A stretch of 64,000 bases of DNA from Promethearchaeia archaeon. GTDB lineage: Archaea; Asgardarchaeota; Lokiarchaeia; Sigyniarchaeales; SOKP01. Position 1 is the stretch's first letter. Every line of letters starts with the position of its first letter. The DNA lies in contig JAHQWG010000016.1 of assembly GCA_029856045.1 (NCBI GenBank), positions 500,328-564,327 on the forward strand, given 5' to 3'. This document shows, piece by piece, positions 19,358-29,451 of this stretch. A program made the translations under genes and the position numbers. Under the pieces are notes generated by a model. The model ran no database searches and was not told where the DNA came from. It was given only the letters and a program-made list of their open reading frames with translations.

Positions 19358-20545
19358 ATGTTTGATGTAATAGTTTCAGGAGCAGGACCAGCAGGGTCAA
19401 AGTGTGCCGAAATCTTGGCTAAAAATGGTTTTAAAGTAGCCCTAATTGAAAAAGATATTAATTGGCGAAAACCTGGTGGCGGAGGTTCAAGTGTAAGGCT
19501 TTTTAAATATTACCCCCAATTAAGAAGCTTGAATCTTCATAAAAAACATACAATTAAGATGTATTCCGCTGATTTTCATAAATTGGAATATAAATATAAA
19601 GGGTTTGAGGATTACTCAGTAGTAATTGATCGATTGGAATTAGATAATTTGATGAGAGAAGTAGCAGTTAACGCTGGTGCAGAACTCTTTGATAAAAATC
19701 TTTCATTTGATTTTATAACTAAAAACCAACAGAAAATTGGAATTAAAACAAAAACCTCTTCAGGGATGAAAGAATATTTTGGAAAAGTGATTATCATTGC
19801 TGATGGGATGAGTTCTAAATTAGCAATAAAATCTGGTTTAAGAAAACGTTGGAAAACCGAAGAATTAGGTATATCAAAATGTGCGATAATGGAAGGGGAA
19901 AATTCAATGGATATTAATACCGTATATTTTTTTTACAAACCATTTTATGGTTATGGCTGGATTTTTCCTATTGATCAAAAACGTTTCAACATTGGCGTTA
20001 TCACATTCTATGAAGATAATTATAATCATAATCTAAATAAACTTTATAATGATTTCTTAAAAGAACCGAAAGTAAAAAAGCTATTATTTAAATCAGATTA
20101 TAAACAAATTTGGATGAGTTCCTATCCTTTACCAAGTACAGGAGTGTTAGAGAAAAGCTTATATGGAAATAATTTAATGATCGTGGGTGATGCTGCAGGT
20201 TTTACATCTCCAATAAGTGGAGAAGGGCTACATGCTTGTGTAGTATCTGGAAAGGTTGCAGCTGAAACAGCGATTAATGCTTTTAAAATAGAGGATTTCT
20301 CCGAAAAGGCACTAAAAAAATACAAGTTTAATGCAAATATAAAAAAAATAATTAGGAGTTTTAAATTAAAGCGCTCGCTTGCAGATTTTTTTTATGAACA
20401 AGGGGGCATTAATCTAAATATAATTTTTAAATTGGCTGAAAACGATTCAAAATTTAGAAAAACGACAACGGATATCTTTTTATTTAACGCAACTCCTCCA
20501 AAAGACTTTTTTTCAAGAATTAAAAAAGCAAATTTTAAATTTTAA
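19358..20545 (+). CDS. Geranylgeranyl reductase family FAD-dependent oxidoreductase
   Basis: GAGPAG, ADG, YGWIFP, GDAAG...PISGEG. Confidence 0.88.
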   Translation: MFDVIVSGAGPAGSKCAEILAKNGFKVALIEKDINWRKPGGGGSSVRLFKYYPQLRSLNLHKKHTIKMYSADFHKLEYKYKGFEDYSVVIDRLELDNLMREVAVNAGAELFDKNLSFDFITKNQQKIGIKTKTSSGMKEYFGKVIIIADGMSSKLAIKSGLRKRWKTEELGISKCAIMEGENSMDINTVYFFYKPFYGYGWIFPIDQKRFNIGVITFYEDNYNHNLNKLYNDFLKEPKVKKLLFKSDYKQIWMSSYPLPSTGVLEKSLYGNNLMIVGDAAGFTSPISGEGLHACVVSGKVAAETAINAFKIEDFSEKALKKYKFNANIKKIIRSFKLKRSLADFFYEQGGINLNIIFKLAENDSKFRKTTTDIFLFNATPPKDFFSRIKKANFKF

Positions 20546-20807
20546 TTTTTTTTTATTAAAAAAAAGTAATAATAATTCAACTAATTTCTCGTAATAATTC
20601 ATCAATTAAGTCTAAACCAGCTAATAAGTGTTCCTTTTTGGTACCAATACCGATGCGGATATAACTATCCATCCCGAAACAGTCTCCTGCCACTATGAAA
20701 ACATCCTTCTCTTCTCTGAGTTTATTAGAGAGTTCTGTGGAATTGATTTTCATATTATATCGCAAGAACGCCAGACCTCCTGCACTAGGCGGAACGAATT
20801 GAAAGAG
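20458..20807. repeat. Composite direct repeat B, copy 1 (GGR 3' end plus convergent aminotransferase 3' end)
   Basis: 20458-20533 aligns to 25457-25532, and 20570-20807 aligns to 25589-25826. Confidence 0.92.
20577..20807 (-). pseudogene. 5'-truncated aminotransferase remnant (last ~76 codons)
   Basis: About 83% nt identity, without indels, to the 3' end of 25596-26708. Confidence 0.9.
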
Positions 20808-20841
20808 ATTTTATCTTAGTTAATAATAATTTAAGGGTTTT

Positions 20842-21822
20842 TCAATCTTTACTAGTCTGTTCTGTTCTTAAAATCTCCTGAAACAAGGAGTTTTCAATAT
20901 TTCCTCCACTCACCACGGCCACCACATTCTTTTTTGCGAATTTCCGCTTTTCTTCAAGGATGTGGGCAATGACCGTTGCTCCCGCTCCTTCAACGATCTG
21001 CCCCTCTTTCTTCCATAAAAGGCGGATTGCTTCTTCGATACTTTTCTCCTTGACTAAGACCAACTCATCTACATACTTTTGTACCAATTCCAAGGTGATA
21101 GCTTCGGGATCAAGACCACCCAATAAGCCTTCCGCTAATGTATGATACTCTTCAACTTTTACCACTTTTCTAGCTTTCCAAGATTCATACATTGTGGAAG
21201 CTCCCTCCGTTTGAACCCCTATTATCTCGACATTAGGGTTCAAAGATTTTACTGCGATGGCAATTCCAGAAATTAAGCTTCCTCCACCAACAGGAACAAT
21301 AATTAAATCTACCCGTCCAATCTCTTCATAAATCTCAAGACCTATTGTTCCTTGACCCGCTATAACCTCCAGATCATTGTATGAACTGATGTAGGGTATA
21401 TTTTTGCTTATAGATATCTCTCTTGCTTTTGTATAGATCTCTTCAAAGTCTCCTTCTTGAATAACTTTGATATCATACTCCTTCATCTTGTTTAGCTTGG
21501 CTTTTGATACATTCGTTGGAACTACAATTATGGCAAAGATACCTAAATGTTTTGCAGCTAAGGATACTGCCAATGCATGATTCCCTGATGAAGCGGTAAC
21601 AACACCACGAGACCTCTCTTCTGTACTTAATTGCATCATTAGGTTAAATGCTCCTCGTATCTTGAAAGAGTTGGTAATTTGTTGATTCTCCAACTTGAGA
21701 TAGATTGTGCCATTACATAGCTCACTAAAAAACTCTGAATAGACAAGAGGTGTTCTCTTGACAAACTCGTTGATTCTCTTTTGCGCATCCTTTATTTTTT
21801 TTAGATTAATTATTTCAGATAT
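20842..21822 (-). CDS. PLP-dependent threonine/serine dehydratase (no ACT domain; EutB/serine racemase-like size)
   Basis: SFKIRGA, SSGNH, GQGTIGLE, PVGGG, SGGN. The conserved N-terminus (RI...RTPL...IYLKLE) is in frame upstream of the track start at 21693. Confidence 0.9.
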   Translation of the reverse strand: MSEIINLKKIKDAQKRINEFVKRTPLVYSEFFSELCNGTIYLKLENQQITNSFKIRGAFNLMMQLSTEERSRGVVTASSGNHALAVSLAAKHLGIFAIIVVPTNVSKAKLNKMKEYDIKVIQEGDFEEIYTKAREISISKNIPYISSYNDLEVIAGQGTIGLEIYEEIGRVDLIIVPVGGGSLISGIAIAVKSLNPNVEIIGVQTEGASTMYESWKARKVVKVEEYHTLAEGLLGGLDPEAITLELVQKYVDELVLVKEKSIEEAIRLLWKKEGQIVEGAGATVIAHILEEKRKFAKKNVVAVVSGGNIENSLFQEILRTEQTSKD

Positions 21823-22130
21823 ATGAAACCACCATCTGATTATGAATTTAGTTATTTCTTAATAATTAACTCTAACAATTTTACTTCTTATAAATTTTTT
21901 TACAGATACAAATCATGGAAAGTCAAGTTATCGGCAAATTAATCCCTTTACTACAGGTTTTAATTTAATAATAAAATTTGGGTATAACCTATCTTCAAAC
22001 CTATTACTACTTGTTTTATCTAACGTTATAAAAAAAAATATTAAAATTTAGAAATACTTTTAAGATTACCTTGATAACTAGAAACTCCGTGTGCTCATTT
22101 TACTCAATAATACATAGATTATTTGACTAA

Positions 22131-22910
22131 CTATACTCCAGGAATACTTGTCCGTTTGTGGATGAAGTCCAGTGCCTTGGAGACAATTGTGATCAGAGCT
22201 AGAAAAATGAGAGCGATAAAAACATATGTGGTGAGTGTGCGAAATGTATTTGCAACGATAAAATGTGCCTCGCCAAAGAGGTCCACCACTCCAATGAAAA
22301 ATACAACAACGGTGTACTTCGGAAGATAAGCAGCTTCGTTGGACCACGCAGGAATAACACGACGCAGAGCCTGCGGTAACACGACATGACGAATGGCAGC
22401 CAGGCGAGACATACCCAGCGATTGGGCAGCCAATAATTGTCCAGTTCCAACAGACTTAATGGCTCCACGGATGTATTCAGCCTGATAGGCTGCACTATTA
22501 AGACCTAACGTGAGGAGACCGACAAGCATTCGGTGATCAAAGATGGTGTAAGTAATAATCCGGTCTAGGATTATGATGTCGGTCTGGATATTCCACTTCC
22601 CAATGGGTATGGGGGAAAGACCTTGTGCCTCCAAAATAGAATTCATGCTGTAGGGGAGAAAGTAGATGAAGAACAACTGCGCGAGTAAGGGTGTACCACG
22701 TATAATTTCAATGTACCCAGTAGCAATCCGTGAAAGAATTATCCCTCCATACTGGCGGAGAAGAGCGAGCAGAAGACCAAGGAAAAAACCCATCACAAGT
22801 GCCCCTCCATACAATTCCATCGTAGTCAGGAACCCTGCGAGGATATGATCCCAGTATTCCAGTACGCGGAGAATGTCCTCTATCGGTTGAGGGAGTACTT
22901 GGAACATCAC
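22131..22910 (-). CDS. Polar amino acid ABC transporter permease
   Basis: [25 protein letters not shown]. Confidence 0.92.
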   Translation of the reverse strand: MMFQVLPQPIEDILRVLEYWDHILAGFLTTMELYGGALVMGFFLGLLLALLRQYGGIILSRIATGYIEIIRGTPLLAQLFFIYFLPYSMNSILEAQGLSPIPIGKWNIQTDIIILDRIITYTIFDHRMLVGLLTLGLNSAAYQAEYIRGAIKSVGTGQLLAAQSLGMSRLAAIRHVVLPQALRRVIPAWSNEAAYLPKYTVVVFFIGVVDLFGEAHFIVANTFRTLTTYVFIALIFLALITIVSKALDFIHKRTSIPGV

Positions 22911-23686
22911 TTGCTTTCCTCCTCGTTTGAACGCTTCAGAAGTTCTTTATGGCTTCCGTATAAAATATCAAGCTGTTTGAGAAAGTGTTTCACCCGCTCG
23001 GATTTGGGCGAGACGAAGAAGTGCTGGGGGGTCCCCCGTTCTACAATGATTCCATTATCGAGGAAGAGCATTTCTGATGCTACGGCTTTAGCAAATCCCA
23101 TTTCGTGAGTTACGACTATCATTGTAGTACCAGATTTAGCGATGTCTAACATCACTTGAAGCACTTCGCCGATCAGTTCGGGATCCAAGGCAGATGTAGG
23201 CTCATCAAATAAAATTACATCTGGCTTCATGGACAAAGCACGTGCAATACCCACACGTTGTTGTTGACCACCAGATAATTGTGCAGGATAGTGGTCTGCC
23301 CACTTCGCCATTTTGACACGACCCAACATCTCTAATGCCTTTGCTCGAGCCTCTTCCTTTGGTAACTTTTTTACCCGGCGAAGACCAATACTGACATTAT
23401 CTATCGCTTTGAGGTGGGCAAACAAGTTAAAATGCTGGAATACCATGCCGATTCTCGCCCGCATCATATTAGGATTGACTCCAGGTGCTATAAGATTCTG
23501 TTCGTGGAGATATACTTCACCCTTGTCTAGTGGGTCCAGCATATTTATGCAACGAAGCAACGTGCTCTTGCCAGAGCCACTTGGCCCAAAGATGACCTTG
23601 ACCTCTTGCTCCCCCACCTCGAATGAGACTCCCTTAAGGACCTGTAAATCCCCATATGACTTCCAACCATCAACTATACGTATCAC
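22907..23686 (-). CDS. Polar amino acid ABC transporter ATP-binding protein (GlnQ-like)
   Basis: [36 protein letters not shown]. Confidence 0.95.
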   Translation of the reverse strand: MIRIVDGWKSYGDLQVLKGVSFEVGEQEVKVIFGPSGSGKSTLLRCINMLDPLDKGEVYLHEQNLIAPGVNPNMMRARIGMVFQHFNLFAHLKAIDNVSIGLRRVKKLPKEEARAKALEMLGRVKMAKWADHYPAQLSGGQQQRVGIARALSMKPDVILFDEPTSALDPELIGEVLQVMLDIAKSGTTMIVVTHEMGFAKAVASEMLFLDNGIIVERGTPQHFFVSPKSERVKHFLKQLDILYGSHKELLKRSNEEESK

Positions 23687-23700
23687 AGATTTAACGATAT

Positions 23701-24390
23701 CTAATCCCCTCCCATTCCCAACTTCTTAAGTTTCTTGGTTTGTCGTTCGCCAAACATCTTTGTTATAGGGAAAGTAAAGATAAAGTATATAATCGCAACA
23801 ACAACCATCGTTGGAGCCCAGAGCAGCGGATAATTAGCAGATACACGAAATGCCACCTTTAGCATCTCAATAATTCCAAATCCATAGGCGTAGGACGAAT
23901 CCTTGATGACCACCGCATATTCATTAGACCAGCTGGGTATTGCCAACCGTAGGGCTTGGGGCAACACAATGTGTCGAAAAGCTTGAAACTGGTTCATACC
24001 TAGTGCACGAGCAGCCATCATCTGCCCTGGGTCCACGGATAAGATAGCCCCGCGAAAAAGTTGAGATTGGTAAGCCCCACTGCGAAGGCCAAGCGCCAAA
24101 ATTACGCCGAAAAACGGTCTCATAAGAGGGTCTATAAACCAAAATATACCCGGTATTCCAAAGACGAAGATGCTTATCAAAATCAGAAGTGGGATGCCGC
24201 GCAACACTTTCTCGTAAGCGCTCGCTATCCAACCGAGTTCTATACCGCCGTAGACACGCATTATTGCCAGCGATAGACCTAGCACAAACCCCCCCAACAG
24301 ACCTAGGGCAGTGAGTAATAAGGTTGTAGGCAATCCATTCACAAGAATATAAAAAAAAATAGAAGGGAGATCTGGCGTCTCCACCATCAC
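23701..24390 (-). CDS. Polar amino acid ABC transporter permease
   Basis: [30 protein letters not shown]. Confidence 0.92.
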   Translation of the reverse strand: MMVETPDLPSIFFYILVNGLPTTLLLTALGLLGGFVLGLSLAIMRVYGGIELGWIASAYEKVLRGIPLLILISIFVFGIPGIFWFIDPLMRPFFGVILALGLRSGAYQSQLFRGAILSVDPGQMMAARALGMNQFQAFRHIVLPQALRLAIPSWSNEYAVVIKDSSYAYGFGIIEMLKVAFRVSANYPLLWAPTMVVVAIIYFIFTFPITKMFGERQTKKLKKLGMGGD

Positions 24391-24397
24391 TCACCCC

Positions 24398-25183
24398 CTA
24401 AAACCACTTTGCGATGAGAGTATCCATCGTCCCGTCTTTAAAGGCTTCAAGCAGGGCTTTATTGATTGTCGCCATCAATTCTGGTTCTTCCCATTTACAC
24501 CATAATGCTGTAGGCTCAGCTGGTACTATAAAAATGGACTTGAAGCCGTATGCCGAATACTGGCCTAAGACTGGCTCGTCTATGAATGCTACATCGATAC
24601 CACCAGCGTCTAAGTCGGCGAGCATTAAAAGTGCGCTAACGTATGACGCATAATCTACATTAGCGTCTGTTAACTCTTCCTCTTGGGTGGTCCCCGCTTG
24701 ACAACCGACCGATTTGTCGGGAAGAGCTGCTAAATCCTCTAATTTAGTAATTGTAAGGCTTGAATCACCCCTAACAATGATTAATTCGTTTACACGAATG
24801 TAGGGCACGGAATGCGCGAGAACCTCTGCGCGTTTTGGAGTGACCATTATTGCGGCTGCAATCATATCGATTGTGCCTCCAGTACAAGCACCAACCAGCA
24901 AGTCAAAATCCATGTCTTTCCATTGGATAGTAACATTGAGTTCTGCTGCAACCAATTCTGATATGTCAATGTCGAAGCCTTCCAACTCTTCTGTTGTTGT
25001 ATTGTAAATCTCGAAGGGTGGCCAATCAGAACTAGTTCCAACAATGATATAACCTCGCGCCTTAATCTGATCAACTAGCGATACGCGTGTTACCCCAGCA
25101 AGAAATGGGGAAAAAAGCCATCCAGCTGCGAACCCTGCCACAACGCAGACTATTATCACTATTGCTGTAATTCCTTTCCTCAT
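24398..25183 (-). CDS. Polar amino acid ABC transporter substrate-binding protein (family 3)
   Basis: N-terminal anchor, GTSSDWPPFE, GFDIDI, TPKR, QAGTT. Confidence 0.92.
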   Translation of the reverse strand: MRKGITAIVIIVCVVAGFAAGWLFSPFLAGVTRVSLVDQIKARGYIIVGTSSDWPPFEIYNTTTEELEGFDIDISELVAAELNVTIQWKDMDFDLLVGACTGGTIDMIAAAIMVTPKRAEVLAHSVPYIRVNELIIVRGDSSLTITKLEDLAALPDKSVGCQAGTTQEEELTDANVDYASYVSALLMLADLDAGGIDVAFIDEPVLGQYSAYGFKSIFIVPAEPTALWCKWEEPELMATINKALLEAFKDGTMDTLIAKWF

Positions 25184-25456
25184 TTTATTTCATTTCTTTT
25201 TATTTTATTTTAATTTATTTTATTAAATTTAATTTTTTTTATATAAATATTATATAAATATATAAAGATTTCGTTCTTTATTTATTAACTGTGAATTATC
25301 TTTAATCTCAAAATTTTTATTGCTCACCAACAAGATGTAGTATAAAACGTTAATTCATTAATTGCAACAGTATTATAAAATATTAGATTGCATTATCATA
25401 TATTTTGAGTATAAATCTAGATAAAAATGCTTAAAATCCCAATACGATGATTGGGA

Positions 25457-25826
25457 AAAAACAGTAACAGATATCTTTTTATTTAACGCAACTCCTCCAA
25501 AAGATTTTTTTTCAAGAATAAAAAATGCAAATAGAAATAAGCTAGAATTAAATAAATAAAAATGAAAATTCTTTCTCCATCTTCTTTATAATAATTCAAC
25601 TAATTTCTCGCAACAATTCATCAATTAGGTCTAAACCAGCTAAAAAATATTTTTTTTCAGAACCAATACCAAGGCGTATATAGTTGTCCATCCCGAAACA
25701 GTCGCCGGCTACAACAAAAACATCCTTTTCTTCCCTGAGTTTAGTGGAGAGCTCTGTGGAATTGATTTTTATATTATACCGCAAAAATGCCATACCTCCT
25801 GCATGCGGGGGTATGAAATGAAAGAG
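25457..25826. repeat. Composite direct repeat B, copy 2
   Basis: Aligns to 20458-20807 with a different spacer between the two gene ends. Confidence 0.92.
25458..25559 (+). pseudogene. Remnant GGR C-terminus
   Basis: Translates KTVTDIFLFNATPPKDFFSRIKNANRNKLELNK*, versus KTTTDIFLFNATPPKDFFSRIKKANFKF* in the intact gene. Confidence 0.88.
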
Positions 25827-26708
25827 CTCCTTATGATTTTTAACCCATTCCACTAATGTACCTAGATTTCCACTCAATAATTTCCGATTACGACTTAATA
25901 CTTTCTTTCTTAATTCGGGTTGCAAAACTAAAGTTGCAACACGTTGGCTAATAAGATTTGTAGCAATAGTTGTATAATCACTATAACTCCATGCTTTCTC
26001 AATAAACTTTTTTAGTCCAACCAACCAACCAATCCTTAAACCTTGAAGCGCATAGGCTTTAGCGAGTCCGCCGTTTACAATAACTTTTTCATATTGTCCC
26101 CAAAAAGTAGGTGTTTCCTTACCACTTAATTCTGCACCACGGTATATTTCATCAACATATAACCAAACATTTGCCTTTCTCGCTAAATAAACAATAGATT
26201 TCATTGCTTCTTCACTTAATACAGCCCCTGTGGGATTATTCGGATTGCAGATGGCTATCATTTTTGTTTTGGGTGTTATTTGAGATTTTAATTCTTCGAT
26301 ATCAGGTTGCCAATTCAAATCTTCTTTTAGATGAAAGGGTTTAATTTTGACCCCAAAAGAACGAGCAAGTCCAAAAATTTGCATGTAGTTTGGCAACATG
26401 AATATTAATTCATCATTTGGTTCTAAAAGGCTCCAAATAGTTAAAAAATTTGCTTCAGCAGAACCATTTGTCACTAAAACATTATCTATATCTGCCCCCA
26501 GATATAAAGAACTGATTGTTTTTCTTAATTCTACGGGACCATTTGTCTGACCATATCCAAGTCGCATGGAAAGTATTTTTTCTAATTCATCCTCGTTTAA
26601 TAACTCTTTTAGTGAATAAGGGTGAACACCACTTTCAGTCAAATTGTATTTAACTGTATTTTCCCATAATGATTGGGTTCTTTCAAGCATAAATTCTTCT
26701 AATTTCAT
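25596..26708 (-). CDS. Class I/II PLP-dependent aminotransferase
   Basis: NPNNPTG, DEIY, GLAKAYALQGLRIGW. Confidence 0.92.
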   Translation of the reverse strand: MKLEEFMLERTQSLWENTVKYNLTESGVHPYSLKELLNEDELEKILSMRLGYGQTNGPVELRKTISSLYLGADIDNVLVTNGSAEANFLTIWSLLEPNDELIFMLPNYMQIFGLARSFGVKIKPFHLKEDLNWQPDIEELKSQITPKTKMIAICNPNNPTGAVLSEEAMKSIVYLARKANVWLYVDEIYRGAELSGKETPTFWGQYEKVIVNGGLAKAYALQGLRIGWLVGLKKFIEKAWSYSDYTTIATNLISQRVATLVLQPELRKKVLSRNRKLLSGNLGTLVEWVKNHKELFHFIPPHAGGMAFLRYNIKINSTELSTKLREEKDVFVVAGDCFGMDNYIRLGIGSEKKYFLAGLDLIDELLREIS

Positions 26709-26758
26709 GAAATTTTCTCTTTTTTATCAATTTGATTTATTATAAAATTTTATCACTC

Positions 26759-27727
26759 CTAACTAGTAGATGGTAAAGATTCATATATTGCTTTTGAAAT
26801 TTGAATATCTTGAACAGCCACTCCGGTTAAATCTGCAACGGTAATTTCTTCATCTGAAGCACGTTGCAATGTTTTATTAGAAATCATAACTCCTAATTCA
26901 ATTAAATCTTCCTTATTAATCATACCATTTTTAATTGCACGAAAACATTCCCCACGTGATTGAGACTGATCGATGCTGTCAACTATTACCCTATCTGCTT
27001 TTTTTAAGATTGCAGAATCTAACTCTTGTTTTTCGGGAGTATCCGATCCCATAGCTGTGATATGAGTACCTTTCTGAATTTGATCCGCATATATCAACGG
27101 AGTCTTTGAAGGTGTGCATGTGACGACAAAATTACAAGTCGAAGTTACATCCTCTGTATTTAAAGTCGTTTTAATATTATAACCTAATAGGTCCATATCT
27201 TTTTTATATGCATCTAATTCCTGTTGCGTTATCCCACAGGCAATAACATCCTTACAATCTATAATAGTTTTTAAATATTGTAGCTGCATTCTTCCCTGAA
27301 CGCCAGGACCAATAATTCCTATTCGATGAACCTTTTTTGGAGCCATATATTTAGCTACAACTGCACCCGCAGCCGCAGTTCTCACATTGGTAAGATGCCC
27401 CTCATCAAGTAAGATGCAAACTAATTCTCCTGTTTTTTGACTAAACAACAGCATAAGCCCACTATATCCAGGAAGCCCTATTTTTGGATTATCGTAAAAC
27501 CCAGCAGCAATTTTAATAATATAATAATCATCTCCTTTAATGTATCCGTATTTAATATGGCAATCGCCCGGAGGATTCTCAAAAATCATTTCACCAATCG
27601 GGGGTACTACTACTTTACCCTGAGAATAAGCAACAAATCCTTCTTCAATTTTTTGTATCGGATCAATTGATTTCAAAATTTCTTTAATTTGTTCTAATTT
27701 TATTATTTTACTCATTTTTTTATTCAT
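26759..27727 (-). CDS. Ornithine cyclodeaminase / mu-crystallin family protein
   Basis: LTNVRTAAAG, GPGVQG, MGSD, DLTGVAVQD. Confidence 0.92.
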   Translation of the reverse strand: MNKKMSKIIKLEQIKEILKSIDPIQKIEEGFVAYSQGKVVVPPIGEMIFENPPGDCHIKYGYIKGDDYYIIKIAAGFYDNPKIGLPGYSGLMLLFSQKTGELVCILLDEGHLTNVRTAAAGAVVAKYMAPKKVHRIGIIGPGVQGRMQLQYLKTIIDCKDVIACGITQQELDAYKKDMDLLGYNIKTTLNTEDVTSTCNFVVTCTPSKTPLIYADQIQKGTHITAMGSDTPEKQELDSAILKKADRVIVDSIDQSQSRGECFRAIKNGMINKEDLIELGVMISNKTLQRASDEEITVADLTGVAVQDIQISKAIYESLPSTS

Positions 27728-28446
27728 ATATTTCTCTCTTTTTAAGGGGATTTAAATATTATTATCAATATCAATTTAAATTTTTTAAGATTATAAATCT
27801 ACCAGAATGAATTTATTAAACTAGTTATAATTATATAAATTGATTTTTCTTCTATTGTATTCCTTAAAATAAAGTATAATTGAAATTATAAATTGTTTTT
27901 CTAGTTTCATATATTACCATTTTTAAAAACATCAATGAATATTTTTGATCTTGATCAATAAAAAAACTAACATTTATGCAATTTTTAGGAAAAATGGTTT
28001 TAAAAAAATCTAAAAAGAATATTCTTCATTCCGATTTCATTTCTCTTTCCTTACTTTTTTGACTAATTTGGGAATAATTTCATATATATTGAAATTTTTT
28101 TGGAATAATTTTTCAATACCACAATTTTCCCATTATGACAATTTCTATTAAATTCAATTTGAATATTCTTATTTTCCCATTTAACGATGTATCAAGTTAT
28201 AATTCAACGATTTTATTAGTATTCAATCTTATTTTGTAAGGTAAACCTGTTTGATATGTGGATTTTCAAAAATACGAAATTCTTATACAAAAAAATTAAA
28301 TTATGGAAATGAAAAAGTAAAAAATGTGAATGAAAAAGGAATAAAAATTAAGAAATTTCATGATTTATCTAAAATCAATCAATTTTCTGCTCCAAAAGCT
28401 TTAAATACTTGATTGTTGTTAATAATTTTAAATAATAAAAAAAATT

Positions 28447-28800
28447 ATGAGTGAAAAAAATATGAGTCAAAAAGTTGAACCAAAAATTGAAAGTGTTTTA
28501 ACTGAAATTCAGAAAGTTAAAATTTTCAATTTGGTTAGATATGTTTCAAAAAACACTTGCGAACGAGTTTGTCCTGAAATCTTAGATATGCTTTTAAATA
28601 GTGAAAAAGGAAAGTTAAAAAGCAACTTAGGTAAAACTATATTTCATTTACAGCGAGTAGAAAGACTTAACTCAACTATTGGGTTAGAAAGATTAATTGA
28701 AGCAGGATTATTAGTTGATACTGATGGACTTCTCAAAATTTTAGAATCATCTGAGCAAGATGCAAAAGACTTAGCAAGTGAAATGAGAGAAATTCTCTAA
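28447..28800 (+). CDS. Hypothetical helical protein
   Basis: 117-aa ORF with normal composition; no motif recognised. Confidence 0.7.
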   Translation: MSEKNMSQKVEPKIESVLTEIQKVKIFNLVRYVSKNTCERVCPEILDMLLNSEKGKLKSNLGKTIFHLQRVERLNSTIGLERLIEAGLLVDTDGLLKILESSEQDAKDLASEMREIL

Positions 28801-28884
28801 TAATAAACAAAATTTTTTTAATTTCTTTTACATTTTTATCTTTAATTTTAGATCTACTATTTAAAAAATTAAAGGAGTATTGAA

Positions 28885-29451
28885 ATGTTTCAGGGATTTA
28901 ATGAACAAATGTCAGCTTTAGTTTCACCTGTTAGATTTGATACATTTTCATCTTCTATCTTGTGTGAACTTAAAATAAAAAGTTCTGAGCAAATTAATCT
29001 TAATAAAGGTGATTTTGTTAAAATTTTTGGAAAAAAAAGGGTAACTGTATGCAAGATTAAAAAAATATCATATGAACATAAAGATAATATTATATGCATT
29101 CCATATAAGATAAGAAATAAGTATGGCATTAATCTAAATGATTTCATACGAATTCAAACTTTTCCTAAAAAGACTGCTAAATATGTCAAGATAACTCCAG
29201 TAGGTTTGGATTTTAAATCCACAAAAAAAATAATTAAATATATTAGAAAAAAGCTTTTAGACATGCCATTGGTAAAAAATGATATAATCTCTATTAATAT
29301 TGGTTTTAGAAGACATATTGATTTCGAAGTTTTGAATATTCAACCCACAAGTCCTGCACAAATATCTACAGGTACTGTTTTTGATATGGTTTTATCATAT
29401 CATCAAGAAAAGAAAATTAAGGAAAAACTAATTTTAACTCTAACTATTTAA
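28885..29451 (+). CDS. Stand-alone Cdc48 N-domain-like protein (double-psi barrel plus CDC48_2), no ATPase domain
   Basis: LNKGDFVKIFGKK.T..., I.IP.KIR...GINLND.I, AKYVKITP, L.DMPLVKND.I, F.VLNIQP...I...T; AAGGAG RBS. Confidence 0.78.
   Translation: MFQGFNEQMSALVSPVRFDTFSSSILCELKIKSSEQINLNKGDFVKIFGKKRVTVCKIKKISYEHKDNIICIPYKIRNKYGINLNDFIRIQTFPKKTAKYVKITPVGLDFKSTKKIIKYIRKKLLDMPLVKNDIISINIGFRRHIDFEVLNIQPTSPAQISTGTVFDMVLSYHQEKKIKEKLILTLTI

Noticed and set aside
23686-23712. Possible ATC start four codons upstream of the ABC ATPase GTG
   Set aside because: The GTG already gives a complete domain, so the extension is not required.
22078-25074. Many overlapping alternative ORFs in the ABC operon
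   Set aside because: Explained by higher GC and fewer stop codons; none has recognisable features.
14472-25826. Diversity-generating retroelement (template/variable repeat pair) as the source of the 3'-end repeats
   Set aside because: No reverse transcriptase is present, and mismatches are not confined to adenines of one copy.
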